From: Phallusia mammillata
Taxonomy: Eukaryota
Reading direction: 5' to 3'
Length of the DNA stretch: 64,000 nucleotides
Assembly: GCA_965637545.1 (NCBI GenBank)
Contig: OZ281498.1
Span: 22,444,001 to 22,508,000, forward strand
Both the position numbers and the translations under genes were made by a program. The notes under the pieces were generated by a model, which saw only the letters and a program-made list of their open reading frames with translations, was not told the DNA's origin and did no database searches. Position 1 is the first letter of the stretch. The number at the start of each line of letters is the position of its first letter. Shown here piece after piece: positions 63,101 through 64,000 of this stretch.

Positions 63101-64000
63101 TCAAGTCTACCCTAAGTAGAGCTTTCCGAATCAACAACGAAAGCAAACGAATCATTTGTCCTTGGAATCAACTCAAGTGTAATCTTTGGCAAGGGCGTTT
63201 CAAATTCTTCCTTGAAATGCAGTAGCAGGAAATTCCGCAGCAGAACGACAACAAAACCCCGGGGACGGCTGATAAAACACAACATAATAGGCCGATTAGG
63301 CGCCTGAGAAGATACGTGTGGTAAGCACACACTAACAGGGGGAGCCGATTAGCGGAATGCAAATATTTGTGCACTCAACGAAAGGTGACGAACCCATTAT
63401 GCCAGGTTTACGAGCTTCGTGTTTGAAGTCAGTATGTACCCACGGCGAACGAAAACGTTCCCTAGGTTTTTTTTGATATTTCGTTTCTTCACGAAATCTC
63501 GCACCCCCTGCGTTGTTTAGCTGCGCGACGGCCGCATAGGGCAGTATTTACACACCGACGGCGGTCACCAAATAAACCGAATTCCTTTTGTGGAAGGCTT
63601 TGGGGTCCAGCGTTTAAATTAGCGTCAATCTAATCTACAGAATCCCAATCAATCAATGCAAACAAGCCCCCACACGACGGAGCAATTTCAGGACGTTTCC
63701 GATCAAATAACATTTCTGGTGACTGGCGCCTTGCAGTTAAAACGTCAAAATGGCCTTGAAATCATTTCCAGAATCAACACATGACCTTGCAATAATGGAA
63801 AAATCTATTGAAGAAACAGGAACGTACAGCTCGTAAAATACAACAAAATGAGGGATTCTTTACTATATGAGTCACTTGAAAGTCCCTTTAATAAATATTA
63901 CAATGTCAACTTTGCAAACCTTATCTTTTCTCGCTAAGCAAATGGTTACACAAAAACCGACTTTTCCAAAAGACAAACTTATTATACAACCACCGGACGC

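Noticed and set aside
27000-64000. Dozens of 60-170 aa ORFs in the ORF track (e.g. 49141-49650, 48208-48630, 55046-55471)
   Set aside because: No recognisable domains, no consistent exon chains, and composition typical of chance ORFs in AT-rich non-coding DNA.

Overview
This is AT-rich animal genomic DNA with compact spliced genes. It is most likely an ascidian/tunicate (inference from chordate-like proteins, short introns and tight gene packing). The first 26.5 kb holds six intron-containing genes: VPS33A (3'-truncated by the window edge), a zinc-dependent sorbitol/threonine-dehydrogenase-like enzyme, PDCD7 and POLK, all on the minus strand, then TEX36 and a MAM-mucin-TM receptor with a C-terminal ITIM-like motif on the plus strand. 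The remaining ~37 kb has no protein I can recognise. It is rich in CRE/AP-1 motifs and carries weak signs of a plus-strand, alternatively spliced gene starting near 53.8 kb. Mobile DNA includes five hAT (Charlie/Buster-like) MITEs with 8-bp TSDs and a Helentron-like element nested in one of them. The most interesting signal is two families of very small non-autonomous Penelope-like retroelements that carry type I hammerhead ribozyme cores. There are six ribozyme-like copies plus one tail-only insertion; the family A copies show inverted arms with a fixed offset, a shared 3' tail and 10-15 bp TSDs. Exon boundaries were read by hand and no database search was possible.
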